Position numbers and translations under genes: made by a program
Shown: piece by piece, positions 12,532 to 26,730 of the stretch
Layout of the letters: the number at the start of each line of letters is the position of its first letter
Numbering within the stretch: position 1 is the stretch's first letter
Notes under the pieces: generated by a model
What the model was told of the DNA's origin: nothing
The model's input: the letters and a program-made list of their open reading frames with translations, nothing else
Databases searched by the model: none
Origin: Lobosporangium transversale
Lineage: Eukaryota
Length of the DNA stretch: 64,000 nt
Direction: 5' to 3'
NCBI RefSeq assembly: GCF_002105155.1
Contig: NW_019028982.1
Coordinates: 558,001 to 622,000, forward strand

Positions 12532-13349
12532 GATGACAATTCCAATTCGGGTTCCAACTCTTATTTTTTTTTTTTTTTTTTAAAAAAAAAAGGGTAGAGA
12601 TGATGATTAAGTAATAACGATTAAAAGTAAATAAGGAGTAAAGTAAAATAAAGATAATAAGAGGTTGAAGGAGAGAGCAAAGAGAAGAAGAAAAGAGAGG
12701 AGAGGAGAGGAGAAGAGAAGAAGAGGACGAAGGAGATATAAAAATAAAAAAAAAGATGAAGGAAGCATCACTGCAGATGTAACAAACAAAACAACGTTAC
12801 GCACTGCCACAATCCTATACTTGTTATACTTGTACATGTACATGTACATCTTATAAATCTTACAAAGTTGAAAAAATAAAAAAAAAAGACTCGACTTTCT
12901 ACCCTTCATCTCTCCTTTAGCTTGCAAACTGCGCCATTGCTATCATAGACTCCTCCTCCTCCTCCTCCTTCACGTTTCGCTTTTCGCGTCTTTTTTTTTT
13001 TTTTTTTTTTTTTTTTCGCTTTTAATGTATTCGCGTCATGCACCTCTTTAAATACCCACAATTGCTTTTTGTTATTAAATATACAACATGTCATACATAT
13101 TTTATCACTCACTCTATATAGTACAGATTGTTGTGTGTTGATCAAGGTGAAAGGTCAGATAATATATAAGTAACAAAGAAAAAGAAGCATCTTTCCAATG
13201 CATTCCATTCCATCATTTAGGACAATCCAAAAGGACAGATATTCACATCCACATCAATGCGCGTCTTGACTTTGTGGTTTTCAATTTGCTCCGCATTTTT
13301 TTTTTTTTTTTTTTTTAATACAAATCGTCGTACATTATAATGAAACGAT

Positions 13350-13384
<35 letters not shown>

Positions 13385-13619
13385 TTTAATAGAAAAAAAT
13401 ATATATCATTGGGATGAAAGAGTTGAGTTGAGTTGAGTTGAGTTGAGTTGAGTTGAGCAGAGTTGAGAGAGGGACATGACACGTCAAAAGGAATTTTTTT
13501 TTTTTTTTTCTTTTTAATGTGCAACTTTGGGAAAGGGAAATAAAAAAAAAATAAAAAAAATAAAAATATACATACATGTATAACATGTATATATTTATAT
13601 TTTTTTTCTTTTTTTTTTT

Positions 13620-15510
13620 TTAAAGAGCAGAAGCACCAGTAATAATATCAACCAACTCGGAGGTAATGGCGGCCTGACGAGTACGGTTATAAGTCATGGT
13701 CAAACGATCAACCATCTCACCCGCGTTCTTCGTGGCGTTCTCCATAGCATTACGCTTAGCTGACATTTCTGAGGCATGACCCTCGACCAAAGCCCAGTAG
13801 ATGTTGTTGGCAAACAAAAAGTCGTTGTAGTCCTCCAAGACGCCCTCATCAGCCTCATAGGCAGCGAAGCCCTCTAATATCACCATCATATCATATCATA
13901 TCATATCATATCATATCATAGAATATAATATAAATCCAGTTAGATTACAATTGACACGTAAAGAAACATGAAGAATAGAGAGAGAGAAAAAAAAAAAAAA
14001 AGAAAAAAAAAAACACGTTACCAGAACCCTTCAAGGCATCGAGAGAGTAGCTGGTGATGGGAACAGCCTCATAGGCGATAGCAGAGGTGAACTTGTTGTA
14101 GACAATGGTGGCATTGTCAAACTTGACACCAGAGGCCTTGATCGTGTCAACAGCAGCGCTGGCCTCTGCAAAGGTGGGGATGCTCTTGCCGATCTGGTTG
14201 AAGGACAACTTGATGTCACCACGGTTGGAACGAGACATCTGATTCTTGGCCTTATCACCCAAGACAACAATACCGGCGTTCTTGACCTCGGACTGGGCAA
14301 TGATCTTGCGAGTGGCCTTGGCAACAGACGAGTGGATACCACCGCAGAGACCACGGTCAGAGGATGAAACAACAAAGAGGTTGTCCTCACTCTCCAAGGG
14401 AGTAGCATTGGAGTTCTTGTAGATGGCTTTATAATATAAAAAAAGAAAAAAGAAAAAAGAAAAAAGAAAAAATCCGTTAAGATATACATCCATCCTCGAT
14501 TGGGCGTTCCCATTTCCTTCCTTGCTTTTTTGTTTTATTTCGCGCTAATAATAAAGATTTGCTTCGTACCAGCAGAAGAAGCGCCAAAGGTACGGGCAGT
14601 CTCCATAGCACGCTGAGCCTTGCTGACCTTGGTCGAGGCAATCATCTTCATGGACTTTGTGATCTTGCCAATGTTCTTGATGGAGTTCAAACGGAGCTGA
14701 ACTATTAACCCATTCATTCATCAATAAAAAAAAAAAGAAAGATTGCTTAGTTTTGAGTACCAATGAATGTTACAAACAATTTTTTTTTTTTTTTTTTCGT
14801 TCTTCTTAGTATCCCACTTACTCTCTCTAAGGGTGGCCATGTTACGAGTCTGGACACCGGCGCTGAATACAAAGAGATGATCATATTAAAGAAAAATAAA
14901 AAACATTATGAATAATTAATAATGTGGTGACTAATGAAAAAAAGTAATAAAAGATTATAATAAATTTAAAAGAAAAAAAAAAAAAAAAAAAAAAAAAAAG
15001 AAAGAGGCAATGGAAAGGATGGAAGGAAGCGTGTCGTGTCCAAGAGAGATGGAATTGAAAGATGAAATGTAAAAAAAAAAAGTGATGAGAAAAATGTTGA
15101 CATGTCGCGACAATGTGTTGTCTCGTAGTTTGTTGATGATCAGTCAGATCCTGTGCAAAAGAAGTCCGATGATCCATCCTTTCATCTTCAGTAATAAAAT
15201 AACAAAAAAAAATAATAATAATAATAAAAGGTCTTTTCTTCCATGATCCAATGCATCAGTCAACTACTCCATGTGAAAATAGGTTGATGGCATTGAAGTA
15301 ATAACATTTGCAAGAAATGAATCGTAAGGAAATAAAAAAAAGAAAAAAAAAGAAAAAAGATTGTTGGTGTGCGTATGTGGATGTGTGTGGTTTGTGTTGT
15401 TGTTGTTGTTGTTGTTGTTGTTGATGAGAAAGGTTGATGGGGTTGATGCTTCTAATTGTTGTTCAGTACCTGAGCGCCGAGGCAACGGGTTGAGCACGGG
15501 TGGCGAACAT
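13620..15510 (-). CDS. ATP3: Mitochondrial ATP synthase F1 gamma subunit (~290 aa; exons 15510-15470, 14862-14822, 14701-14570, 14426-14022, 13873-13620)
   Basis: Presequence '[21 protein letters not shown]', then '[30 protein letters not shown]', '[12 protein letters not shown]', '[37 protein letters not shown]'. Confidence 0.97.
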
Positions 15511-16151
15511 GGTTGAGGATGGAAGTGTGATGAGGATTGAAGAGGAAAGAGAATCAAAAAATAAAAGAGAGAGGACAGGATCAATCTTTTTTTTTTTTTT
15601 TTTTTCTGTATGTGTGTTGTGCGTGTGTTGTGCGTATGTTGTGCGTGTGTACCTGTTACCTATTCTCTTTCTATTCTATTCTCTCATCTTATTCAACCCG
15701 AATTGACACGAAGACTAAACAAACAGACCACAGCATAAATCATGGGCCAAAATACGTCATCCACCTCAAAAAACTACACGCCACATCACATGACACCCTA
15801 CATTATCTACTCTACACATACACTCTGTCAGATATGCAATTAGACGAAATATCCAACAGTCCCCCACTACGAAACATGAGTTCATGGTTCAGGTACAGAG
15901 CATATGCTGTGCATAGAAAGAAAAGCGTATAAATATTTTCTTTGATGTACAAGCGATCAAGCAACACTTTTTTTTTTTTTTCTTTCTTTCTTCTAAAATG
16001 TCTTTTTATTATGAATAGAATGATAGTGATAATGATTATGACAATGGTAATTGTAGACTAAGTATAGCTGGGGGAATAGTAGGGCAGTAAGTAAAGTAAT
16101 AGTTAGTAGAAGTAACAATAGGACTGGTTCTTTTTTGTTCTCTTCTTTCTT

Positions 16152-19129
16152 TTAATCGATCAACAAGGGCTTCGAATATCGCCGCACTTTATCCAGACTG
16201 GCCCCATTCTTGGCTCCTCCACTACCACTTCCACGTTCTCCAAACCACTCCTCCATGCATCGCTCCAATACTCGGACCCACAACTTTGCATCCCCCTCAC
16301 GATACTCTTCAAAGTAATAACTCTTCTTTGTCGTATGGATAAAGAAACATTTCTTGCCCTTCACCTCCGACACCACAGACGCTGTGAACAAAATCTCCCC
16401 CCGGAGCTTGGCCTGTCTCTTGGAGGCCTTGATCAACCCCGGCGACACTGGTGGCTGCATCTTCTTACCATCAGTACTATTGCTATTACTAATAATAGTA
16501 CCATTGATACTGCCACCACTACCGTTCACTACAGAACCTATAGCAGCTGTTGTTGGACTTGCAGTCGCAACAACATTGGTCTGCGGTGATGAAGAGGGCG
16601 ATACCCCGTGCTTTTCCACATCAATCCTGTTGTGACCATTGCTCTGTTGACGATGATGTGTTGTATGAGGATGCGAATGCTGATGTGGTGGATGCTCCAG
16701 GCTTGTTCTCACAGGCCGTGCAGCAGTAGTAATAGTGTCCTCTTCATGTTCCGGGATGGTCTGTCCAGGGATATGTTCACTACGGGAATATTGGTGGTGT
16801 GTCTTATTGCTACCCTCCCTAGTCAGCACAAACCCACTGGCTGTACTGACAGGGGCCGTCGTCTCCTTCCCATGGCTGAGGTTGCTGCTGTTGGTACCGC
16901 GTCGTCCATGCAGAGGTTGGTGAAGAGCATTCAACTGCTGATGTTGATGGTTCTGAGACTCTTGCGACAATGAAGGGTGCTGGTACAGTCGAGGCTGCTG
17001 TGGCTGCTCAGACTGAAGACCGCTGAGCTGCTGATGAAGAGAGAGCTGCTGCTGTTGCTGCTCCAGTTGTTCCCACTGTGCTACACGCTGTTGCTGATAC
17101 CAGCAACTGAAAGCCTCGTTAGTGTTGCTGTTAAAAAGCTGTGAGAAGTAGTGATTCGAGTCATCAAAGTACAGCAGACGTGGAAAGTCAGTCAAGACCA
17201 GGATGCACGATCTCGAGAACAGGCCCTTGCGCTTCAAAACAGGTGCTTGATAAATGATTAATTCCGTCGGTAACAAGAAGCTTTGCCATGGTGAGAGCTC
17301 TGCCTGGAGCTCGAGCTGAGAACGCCTAGAATAGGCAGAGATCTCACTAGCAGTCACTGCTAATGAGACCGTGGAGTTTTCTCGGGTAAGCTCTGACTTT
17401 CGACGAGGACTTCCCTGCTCAGCACTAGCACTAGCACTACCATTGCTTTCCAGACGCTCTACCGGCCGACTTTCCTGTTGCATGTCCAACAGATGCTTCG
17501 ATCGTTTGCTGAGCAGCTTCTTGTTCGATGACTGCTTAGGACTGGGGGAGAACAGGGCTATGAAGGCATTTCTGCTACTGCTCTTGGACTTTGCGTGTCC
17601 ATTCGTGGACGTAGACGGCTTCGTGGGAGAGCCATTCACTACCGAAGCAGAGGCCGATTTGGACATGCCCTGCTGTGGCGAAACAGTGGATTCTGTCTTG
17701 GAATGTCCCGAAGTAGTCGTGGCCGAGACCGTGCTCGCCTTTTCGATCGTGCTTCCGAGCTCTGGCAGACTCTGGGATGCTGTCGTGGTCGCAGCAGCAA
17801 CTGGATGGGGAAGGGCCGTTGTACTGTCCATTGCTGTGGTTGAAGGCTTGGTGACCTCGGGAAGGGCAAGGACAGCGGAATGAGGACCCTCATCCGAATC
17901 ATTCATGCTGTTCCTGCCGCTGTTGTCCATGCTACTGCCACTATCACCAAGTTCTCTGAATGGATCGACGACCATCAGGGCCTCGCCTGTGCGGTTGACG
18001 CCCCAGAGACAAGCGTCGTGGTCGCTACGCAAGGGCTCGGTATTGTGAGCGGGCGTTGGAGGCAAATAAGGCATTAATTTGGGTGCAGGTTGGCTCCAGA
18101 TTTTGTCCCATTGGACACCTAGAAAGAACGGGTGTTGTTTCAATTCGTCGATCGTGTTGTTTGCGCCCAAACGCTCGTTAGGATCATGGACCAGAAGGCG
18201 TGAGACGAGGTCCATGGCAGTAGCGGGGAATCCTGCTGGGAAGGTATATTCGAGCTTGACAATCTTTTGAAAGGTCTGATATTCATTTGATCCCTTGAAT
18301 GGTGGTCTTCCTGCAAGGAGTTGGTAGATGATGCATCCGAATGCCCATAGGTCAGAACTAAATTGGGGGGAGGCGAGGAGAAAGAGGGGCTCAAGATGAG
18401 AACATTGTATTTGTAGTAAAGAAGAAGAAGAAGAAGAAGAAGAAGAAGAAGAAGAAAAAAAAAAAAAAAAAAAAAAAAAACTTGCTGTGATGTATACCAT
18501 ACCTTTTGCAAGCAGCCTTTTCAGTCAAAAGTTCTGGTGAGACGTATTCAGCAGTTCCTACAAAAGAGTTGGCTCTATCGGACTCTGTCCCATCCTCGGA
18601 TGGCTCCAACATCTTTGCAGTTCCAAAATCAGTCAACTTGATGTACATGCGATCATCCATAAGAATACTATTGATATTGAAACAATAGGATTTTAGCCTT
18701 TCTTTTCTTTTCTTTTCTTTTCTTTTTCTTTTTCTTCTAAAAACTTTTTACTGTGTCCCGATGAAGCTGATGGGTGATATATGATTGTTCTGGAACGTAC
18801 TTTTCTGGCTTCAAGTCGCGATGGATAACACCCTGACCATGAACATATTCAATTGCGGTCAAGATCTGTGCCGCGTAGAATTTGGTACAATTCTCATCAA
18901 ACGAGCCAAGCTATTAAAAAAAGGAGGAAAAAAAAAAAAATGCAATCGTATATCGGGATTTAGTGTCCTGATTGAGCATCATCTCCATCCGTTGACATGA
19001 TCCAGATAAGAGGATGATTCCTCACCTTTTTGATGAAGGTCAACAGTTCACCATTTTCACAAAGCTCCAAGACGTAGTCTAATAGTGAATGATGAAACGA
19101 TTATGGTTAGTCACGAAAAGCTAAAAACA

Positions 19130-19168
<39 letters not shown>

Positions 19169-19387
19169 AAAAAAAAAAAAAAGGGAAGGAAAGTAGGAGT
19201 CAAATAAAAGAGAAGAATCAAATCCCCCCCCCACTCTCTTTTGCTGGCCATGTTTAATGATTAAGTGCATGTTTGTTTGTTTGTTTGTTTTTCTTCCTCA
19301 ATTGTAGTAGTAGTAGTAGTAATTGTTGTTGTTTTTCCTTGAACAATGACAATCATTTTTCAGATCATTATCCCAATGACATCTCCT

Positions 19388-19418
<31 letters not shown>

Positions 19419-19439
19419 GTTACATCTCATTTGTCATAC

Positions 19440-19485
<46 letters not shown>

Positions 19486-20448
19486 TGTTGACTCAACAAA
19501 TTACTTACAAAGACTGGCGTTGTCTTGAAAAGTAGAAAATAATTTGACGACTCCTGGATGGTCGAGTTTGTAGAGCGTATTCTTTTCAATGTTGACATAT
19601 TTGACTTTCTTCTCACGAATAATATGTCTCTTGTCAAGGACCTTGATTGCATATTTGCGTCTGTTGGATTGATCGACAGCCTCGACGACCTGTGGTCAAG
19701 CAAGCAAGCAAGCAAGCAAGCGAGCAAGCAAGCAAGCAAGAAAGAAAGAAAGATTTTAGTTGATACAAAAGACAGATGTTATCAGTTTAGATGGGACATT
19801 GAAAGTTGCGGATCCGATCAGAGCAATCCTCAATTATTTTTTTTCTTCTTCTTTCTTTTGCTGGGTAAAGTAAAAAAAAAAAAAAAAAAAAAATGAAAAA
19901 GAGAAAAGGGAGGAAAGGGAGTAAGGAGAGGGCACAGACCCTCAAGCGAACAAAACACAATCGAGTTGGATCCTGTTTGTTGGTTCGAATGCTTTTGTTT
20001 GTGTGTAACCCTTTTTACCGCATCATAACCCAATTCATTCCCCATCTCTACCCGCCATCTGTCTGTAGCTATTGATTGTATATCCCCAACGATTCTTTGC
20101 TCCTTTGGAAGAAATGAAGATTAAGAATAAGAATAAAAATAAAAATAAAAATAAAAATAAAAATAAAATCATATTGCTTTGATTTGCAAGAGAATTTGAT
20201 CTGGAAGAAGAATTAATTCCATTGGTAAGAAAAAAAAAAAAAAAAAAAAAAAACTCGAGTAAACATGAACATGAGAAAAAACGAGAGCCATTGGGCGCAA
20301 AGGCATTTTTTTTTTTTTTTTTTTTTTTTTTTTGGCCACCGCCGATGGAGTAGAATATGTATATTTATATATATATATATAGAGTAAAAATAAAATCGAC
20401 CTATTCCATATCAATTGAGCAGAAAATGAAAATGAAAATGAAAAGAAA

Positions 20449-20480
<32 letters not shown>

Positions 20481-21340
20481 AAAGTAATGATGTTGGAGTG
20501 ATGGGAAGAGTGGTGGTAATGATAGGTGGTGATGGTAAAGGATCAAAGCTCCCTTCCTCTCCATTTTACTCTTTACTCTTTACTTTTTAATAACCTCATC
20601 TCACGATGGTGGGAACAAGTAAAAAAGTAACGTGGAAAAAAAAAAAGGAATTCTCTCCGAGGATAGGGGCAAGAGAGAGAGAGAAAGAGAGAGAAAAGGC
20701 GTTCAGGTGACAATGATCAAAGGAACCCGAGCCTGCCAAGAGCAAAGGATAAAAAGAAGCTATTCGAGTAGCACAGGCATAATTGGGAATAGGCCTGTCT
20801 AAAATAGCCTCTTTTTTTCTGATCATTAGACTCTTGCAAGAACAATAGATTATATCTCTCCCTTACGCGTCCAGGTTTAGGTTAGAGACTAGTCAACAGC
20901 GACTCTATATTCTCTCTTTTTTTTTTTTTTTTTTTTATACGTGTATGATCAGTTGAGGGTTGAAGTGATTATGAATCATGCAGTAGGATGAATGAAGCAA
21001 GCTGGAATGAAAGGAAAGGAAAAAGCATAGAATGGATACAACATGAGTGTAAAATAAAAGATAGAATCAATAGGATTGCTTACAGTCGAGTAAGATCCTT
21101 CACCAAGGGTCCTGCCGAGTCTGTAATCAGCCAGGGTACGTCTACGGACTGGGATGGATGCTGTGGAGGTGTTGATATGGGAGCCATTGACGACTGATCC
21201 AGAAGGTACTCCTTCCTGGATATTGACATGTGTTGGCCTCGGGATGGACGTTGTAGTAGCCGAGGTGGTCGTTGGCACTGTTTCAGCCACAGGTGCAGGA
21301 GCAGATGTGTTTGAAGAAGGAGAAGAAGGAGAAGAAGGAG

Positions 21341-21372
<32 letters not shown>

Positions 21373-21626
21373 GTTGTTGTTGCTGTTGTAGTCGTATCCA
21401 AGGCAGAGGCAGAAGCAGCAAGGACAGAGCGTGGAACAGGAGTGGGTGGAGTGGTTGAAGGCAATGTGCCGAGAGGAACGGGATTTGCTGTGGGTGTGGA
21501 TGGAGCTGAGACTGGAGCTGGAGTTGGAGTTGAAGCAGGCGCAGGCGCAGGAGCAGGGGCAGGAGCAGGGGCAATGTCGGAGAGAGGTACAGCCACCGGA
21601 CCTTGCAGATGATCTGATGTAGCCAT
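16152..21626 (-). CDS. PDK1/Pkh1-family AGC Ser/Thr kinase with C-terminal (split) PH domain (~1085 aa; exons 21626-21084, 19689-19509, 19078-19026, 18910-18801, 18667-18503, 18357-16152)
   Basis: 'LGEGSYSTV', 'YAIKVLDKRHIIREKKVKYVNIEK', 'IHRDLKPENIL', 'DFGTAK', 'RANSFVGTAEYVSPELL', 'SSDLWAFGC..GRPPF', and PH motif 'KRKGLF'. Confidence 0.93.
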
Positions 21627-21834
21627 TGGGTGCTAGTGACTAAGTTGAAAGTAAGGTTTAAATGGAAAATATGATTGCAATAACAATAAATGACCAATGG
21701 ACCATGGACAATGGACAATGGACAATGGGCAATGGACAAGTGGCAAAAGAATAAGAAGAAGAAGAATAAGAATAATAAGAATAAGAATAAGAATAAGAAT
21801 AATAAAAGATATTAGCCAAATATACAGAGCAAAG

Positions 21835-22085
21835 TGATTGAGTGATTGAGTGATTGAGTGATTGAGTGATTGAGTGATTGAATGGAATGGAAAGAAAGAA
21901 AAAAAAATAAATAAATAAATAAAGACAGGTGAAAAAAGAGAAAGAGAGAGAGAAAGAGAGAGGATTGGATTGGATTAAAAGCAGGAGTGTGAAGAGAGAG
22001 TGTGAAGAGAGAGTGTGAAGAGAGAGTGTGAAGAGAGAGAGTGTGAAGAGAGAGAGTGTGAAGAGAGAGAGTGTGAAGAGAGTGT
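21835..22085. repeat. Short tandem repeats upstream of the PDK1-like gene: (GATTGAGT)n at ~21835-21880 and (GAGAGTGTGAA-GA)n at ~21985-22085
   Basis: Directly visible tandem units. Confidence 0.85.
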
Positions 22086-23529
22086 GTCAATTAGTGTCAG
22101 CTAATACACTCCCATGGGGAAATGGACGCTAATTCGGTTGGCATTATTTATAAATCACAATTTATAATTTATGGTTTCTATCACTACAACAGCGTGTTCA
22201 GTCAGAGTAGCCCTTTTGTCTACTGGGCCAAGCCCTTTTTTTTTTTTTTTTTTTTTTTTTTCTTTTCTTTGTTCTTTCGATCGACAAGACAAAGGCTTGT
22301 TATTGACTGATGCTTCTGTCGTTATCCTTGGTGTTGTTGTTGTTAGTCGAGGTTCGTGTCGGTATTTGATCAGTCAGTGCTTGATTGATTAATTGATCGA
22401 GATGTTTAACACATCAAAAAAAGACGTTTGTCTATATTTCCGTTCCTGGGCCTGGCTGGAGCAATTCCTAGCCATGCCATGCCATGCCATGCCATGCCAT
22501 GCCAATCATAAATATATATCGTATCTATATAAAAAGATTAAATAAACATTTTACAATTCAAAAAACTCAGTTCAGCAAGCTCTCTTTCATTTTTTTTTCT
22601 TCTTTATTCTTTTTTCTTTCTTTCTGTCTTTTAATCTTTTCTATCTCCTCTTCTCTTCTGATTAAAGCAGTATAAAAATGCATCTCTTTTGGTTCTTTTT
22701 CTTCTTTAACCATTCCATTCGCGTGATCTACTTTGTTTCCCTCCCCCCCTAACCAAAGCAAGTATTTATATATATATATATCTTTGAAGAGATAATGAGT
22801 GAGTGAAAGAGAAAGACGACCCTCGTTTTTTTTTTTTATTTTATTTTTTTAGTTGTATAAAAATAAATAAGAAAAAGAAAAAACCTTCGCTCCCTTCTCT
22901 CCTTTCATCGTTACCATTGGATGGGGTTGAAGGGGGGAGGGTGAATATATTTAAACACTGCGTATCACGTGCATTCTATCTTTAGCCATTATGTTTGTTT
23001 AAAAATACCCCCCTTCTCCCAACTAACTTCATTCATTCATTTTATCCCATTCAGTTCTGTTGAACTGAATTTAATTACATGAAATAGCACGCACTTTTTT
23101 TTTTATTTTTTTATTTTTTTATTTATCCATTTATTTGAGCATCCATGCACCCAACGCGCCCCACACATGCCATGCAACAAATCTCACTCGATATACATGT
23201 ATATTATATATATGTATTATATATACATATTTTGAAGGAAAAGAAGAAAAGAAAAAAAAAAAACGGCATAAAAAAAAAAAAAAAACGTGCGTAATACACA
23301 TGAATGTCCTTATGCAACGTGTAAAAAAAAAAAAAAAAAAAAAAGTCTAATGTGCTATATATTAATGCAATATGCTGCATGTTATACATGTGTGTGTGGC
23401 AAATGGTTTTTTTTTTTTTTTTCTTTTCTTTTCTTTCTTTTTCTAACACATCTATATATACTATATATATTATATTTGTATATGCGTGTAAAATTAGAGG
23501 ATTTATTAAGAGTTATTAGGATAGAATCA

Positions 23530-23635
23530 CTGGGACTACTAGGATTATTAGGATTATTAGGATTATTAGGATTATTAAAATTATTAGGATTATTAGGATA
23601 ATTAGGACATTAAAGCTTATTAGGATTATATTAGG
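23530..23635. repeat. 9-bp minisatellite (GGATTATTA)n, degenerating rightwards
   Basis: aggattatta ggattattag gattattagg attatta... Confidence 0.85.
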
Positions 23636-23753
23636 AGGATGGATCGGTGATTATAAACGTATAAAACTTGGGCGTCGACACTTTCGGCGAAAGGTGTTGA
23701 TAAGCATGCTCCACCTCTTCTCTTCTTTCTCTTATCTCCATGTCGTACAACAC

Positions 23754-23797
<44 letters not shown>

Positions 23798-23893
23798 ATC
23801 TACGGCTCTCTTTCTTTCTTTCTTTCTTTCTTTCTCCCGTTGTCCGCTATTATTATATATGGCTATTATTGTTATTACTATCATTATTATTTC

Positions 23894-25931
23894 CTACATG
23901 GCGACAACAGGGAGTACAACAGATTGTTGCCCAACCTCCCATGACTTCCAAATATTCTGTTTCTGGAATCGGTTGTGTAGCTGTGTCAGGAATGACCTCC
24001 CTGCTGCATAGATATCCGGATTCCTAAATGGCAAAGGTCGATTATGATCAAATGTATCCGAGCACAACGATCGGGATAGCGGCATTGACGATGAACACGA
24101 TGATGATGATGATGATGGTTCGTCCTCATTCTCTTCCTGAGCGTTCGATCCTTCGCCTTCTTTTTCTTCTACTGATGTTGATGATGCCGTTGTTGCTGCT
24201 GTAGTTGTTGTCGATGTAGCAGAGGACATTGAAAAGGATGAGGATGAAGGCGATGGTGTGGGCAAAGACTCAGACGAGGACTCGAATTGATATTCATCCT
24301 TCTCTACCTCAGGTGAGAGAGGAGACGGTGGTGTAGGTGACGAGCGATCCACAAATCGTTCTGCCAACTCGGACGGATAGGAGAAACTCAATAGACAATG
24401 ATGACTCAACCCTTCTACCTCCGGGTTCGGTTGCAGATTGACCCTTGTTACCACCAGTACCTGGTTTGCAAGCGCGTTCCTTCCATTGTCCTGATCCTCA
24501 TCCTCATCCTCTGCTCCATCATCATTAAACTCTTCTGAATCTGAATCTGAATCCGCTGTCCCTACTCTTCTTCCTGCCCCACTGCTATATCGTCGGCCAA
24601 GTCCCGGTAGGACATAATTGACAGGATAGCTCAGCAACCATCCTGTCAATGTTACTAACGAGAGTTTGTTGGGCACAATTAGAGGCTGATATGACTGTTC
24701 AGCTTGATCCCATGATTTTATCCTCCGCTCAATCTCTGGTAATAACACATCGCGAACGTAATCTTCCAAAGCTCTATAACGATTACAAGGCATCTGTTGA
24801 AGAAAAGGATGAAAAGAAAGAAAGAAAGGGGGGGGATGAGTCAATCAATGTGCGTCGGGAAAGATTCTTTCTAGAAGAAAAAAAAAAAGAAAAAAAAAAA
24901 AAAAAAAGAAAAAAAAACCTACAATTTCAGGTTGTGACAGATGATGATCCACATTGACAAAGACGCGTTGAAGACCCTTGGGCGATCCTGTGAGATAATC
25001 ATGAATGTCCTGTAACAGCAATTGACGATGGATAATAAACACATGATCTTCTCCAATGCTCAACAAGTCCAATTCATTAAACCTGGCAGACTAATTGATC
25101 CACAAAGCGTATTGTTTTATAGGAGGGAAAAAAAAAAAAAAAAAATGGAAATGGGGAAATGGATTAGTAAAAGAATGGTTGTTGTGCGCAACGCAACGTC
25201 CTTTTAATGTTTGTGAAACAAAAAGAAAAAGTTTCTTATTTTTTGAGAGCAAAAAAAGAAAAGATTTTCCTCTCGGTAATGTTTTTGAGAACCGTGCTTA
25301 GAAATCAAAAAAGCAGAAATGTGAAGGCAAAGGCAAAGGCAAAGGCAAATTACGCGCTTATCACCAATATTCATATATACATGTACATACATGATGGAAA
25401 AGAGATTGAAACCTTTCGATATCATTCTCATTCAGGAACAATTGATCGACCAAGGATGCTGATCTAGTGAATAATAAATAGAAAAGAAGAAAAACACAAG
25501 TATTTATGTCTGTTAGTCGACAAGAAATTCATTCATTCATATAAACCAGAAGAAGAAGAAGAAGAAGAAGAAGAAGAAGAAGAAGAAGAAGAAAAAGAAG
25601 AAGAAGAAAAAGTAGAGAAAGAAGAGAAGGAGAAGGAAGAGAAGGAGGATTGATATTAAAGTTGAAGCAGAAATATTAAAATCCTGTGAAAACCAATTGT
25701 GGAGCCCACGTTTCCTTCTTCTTTTTTTCCTTCTACATTGTCAACTCTTATCTCCACGATCAAAAGAAGAAGAAGAAGAAGAAGTAGAAGAAAAAAAAAA
25801 AAAAAAAAAAAAAAAGGTGGAGATGACAAAGTGAATGAAAGATAAGCAATTGAGCAAGATATAATATGACTCGAACATGTAAGATATACACATTCATATG
25901 AATGCATGAATGGATGAATGAATGTGTTGAT

Positions 25932-25962
<31 letters not shown>

Positions 25963-26524
25963 AATGAACGGATAGACTATGATCCGATCGGCATATTTTT
26001 TAAAGTTCCCGCCTCTCTCTCTCTCTCTCTCTCTCCTCTCCTCTCCTCTCACACTCTTTTCCCTCTTCTCTTCCTCTTCTCTTCCTCTTCTCTTCTCTTT
26101 CAGTATTGCTTATGACCCTTCCAATGAACGATGGACAAAAATGTAATATCCGCGAAGCAATTTAACTTTTTTTCTTTTTTCTTTTTCTTTTTTTTTTTTT
26201 ACCTTAAACCTGCAGCAATGCAAATAATATCTATCAATTGAATGTTTCAAAAGAAAAAAGAAAAAAGAAAAAAAAAAAAAAAAAAGAAAGGTCAGTTTAG
26301 TCAATGGATGGATGAGTTGGGGGAAAAGAAGTGTAACATTTAGGTTGTAGCATTGTGTTCAATCAAAAGAGAAATAGAAATGATAATAATAATAAAAAAA
26401 ATCTCCAAAATCTCTCCATTCCTGTTCGCTTTGTAATCAATGGCAACTGCACATACCATGCCATGCATTGCCATGCATAGCGTGTTTTTTTTTTTTTTTT
26501 TTTTTTTTATCGTTGTATGCGTGC

Positions 26525-26598
<74 letters not shown>

Positions 26599-26730
26599 GG
26601 AAAAATAAAATAAAAATAATAATAATGTTAATGTACCATTTGCCAATGAGATTTGTGCAGCGTGATTGATCCGCTTCTTTAGAACAAGTCGGACAGTTCC
26701 GAGTGCATCCTCAAAATATGATCCGTCCAT
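23894..26730 (-). CDS. DUF4504 / C1orf74 (UPF0739)-like conserved protein (~420 aa; exons 26730-26637, 26230-26203, 25463-25391, 25090-24923, 24793-23894)
   Basis: The spliced product reads 'DIICIAAGLRSASLVD', 'LVTLTGWLLSYPVNY', 'LLSFSYP' and ends 'VVLPVVAM', matching motifs I recall for this family. All introns are GT-AG and frame-preserving. Confidence 0.75.

Noticed and set aside
23530..23635. TTAGG-containing repeat as an interstitial telomere or CRISPR-like array
   Set aside because: The unit is a 9-bp GGATTATTA without spacers and is not TTAGGG; an ordinary minisatellite.
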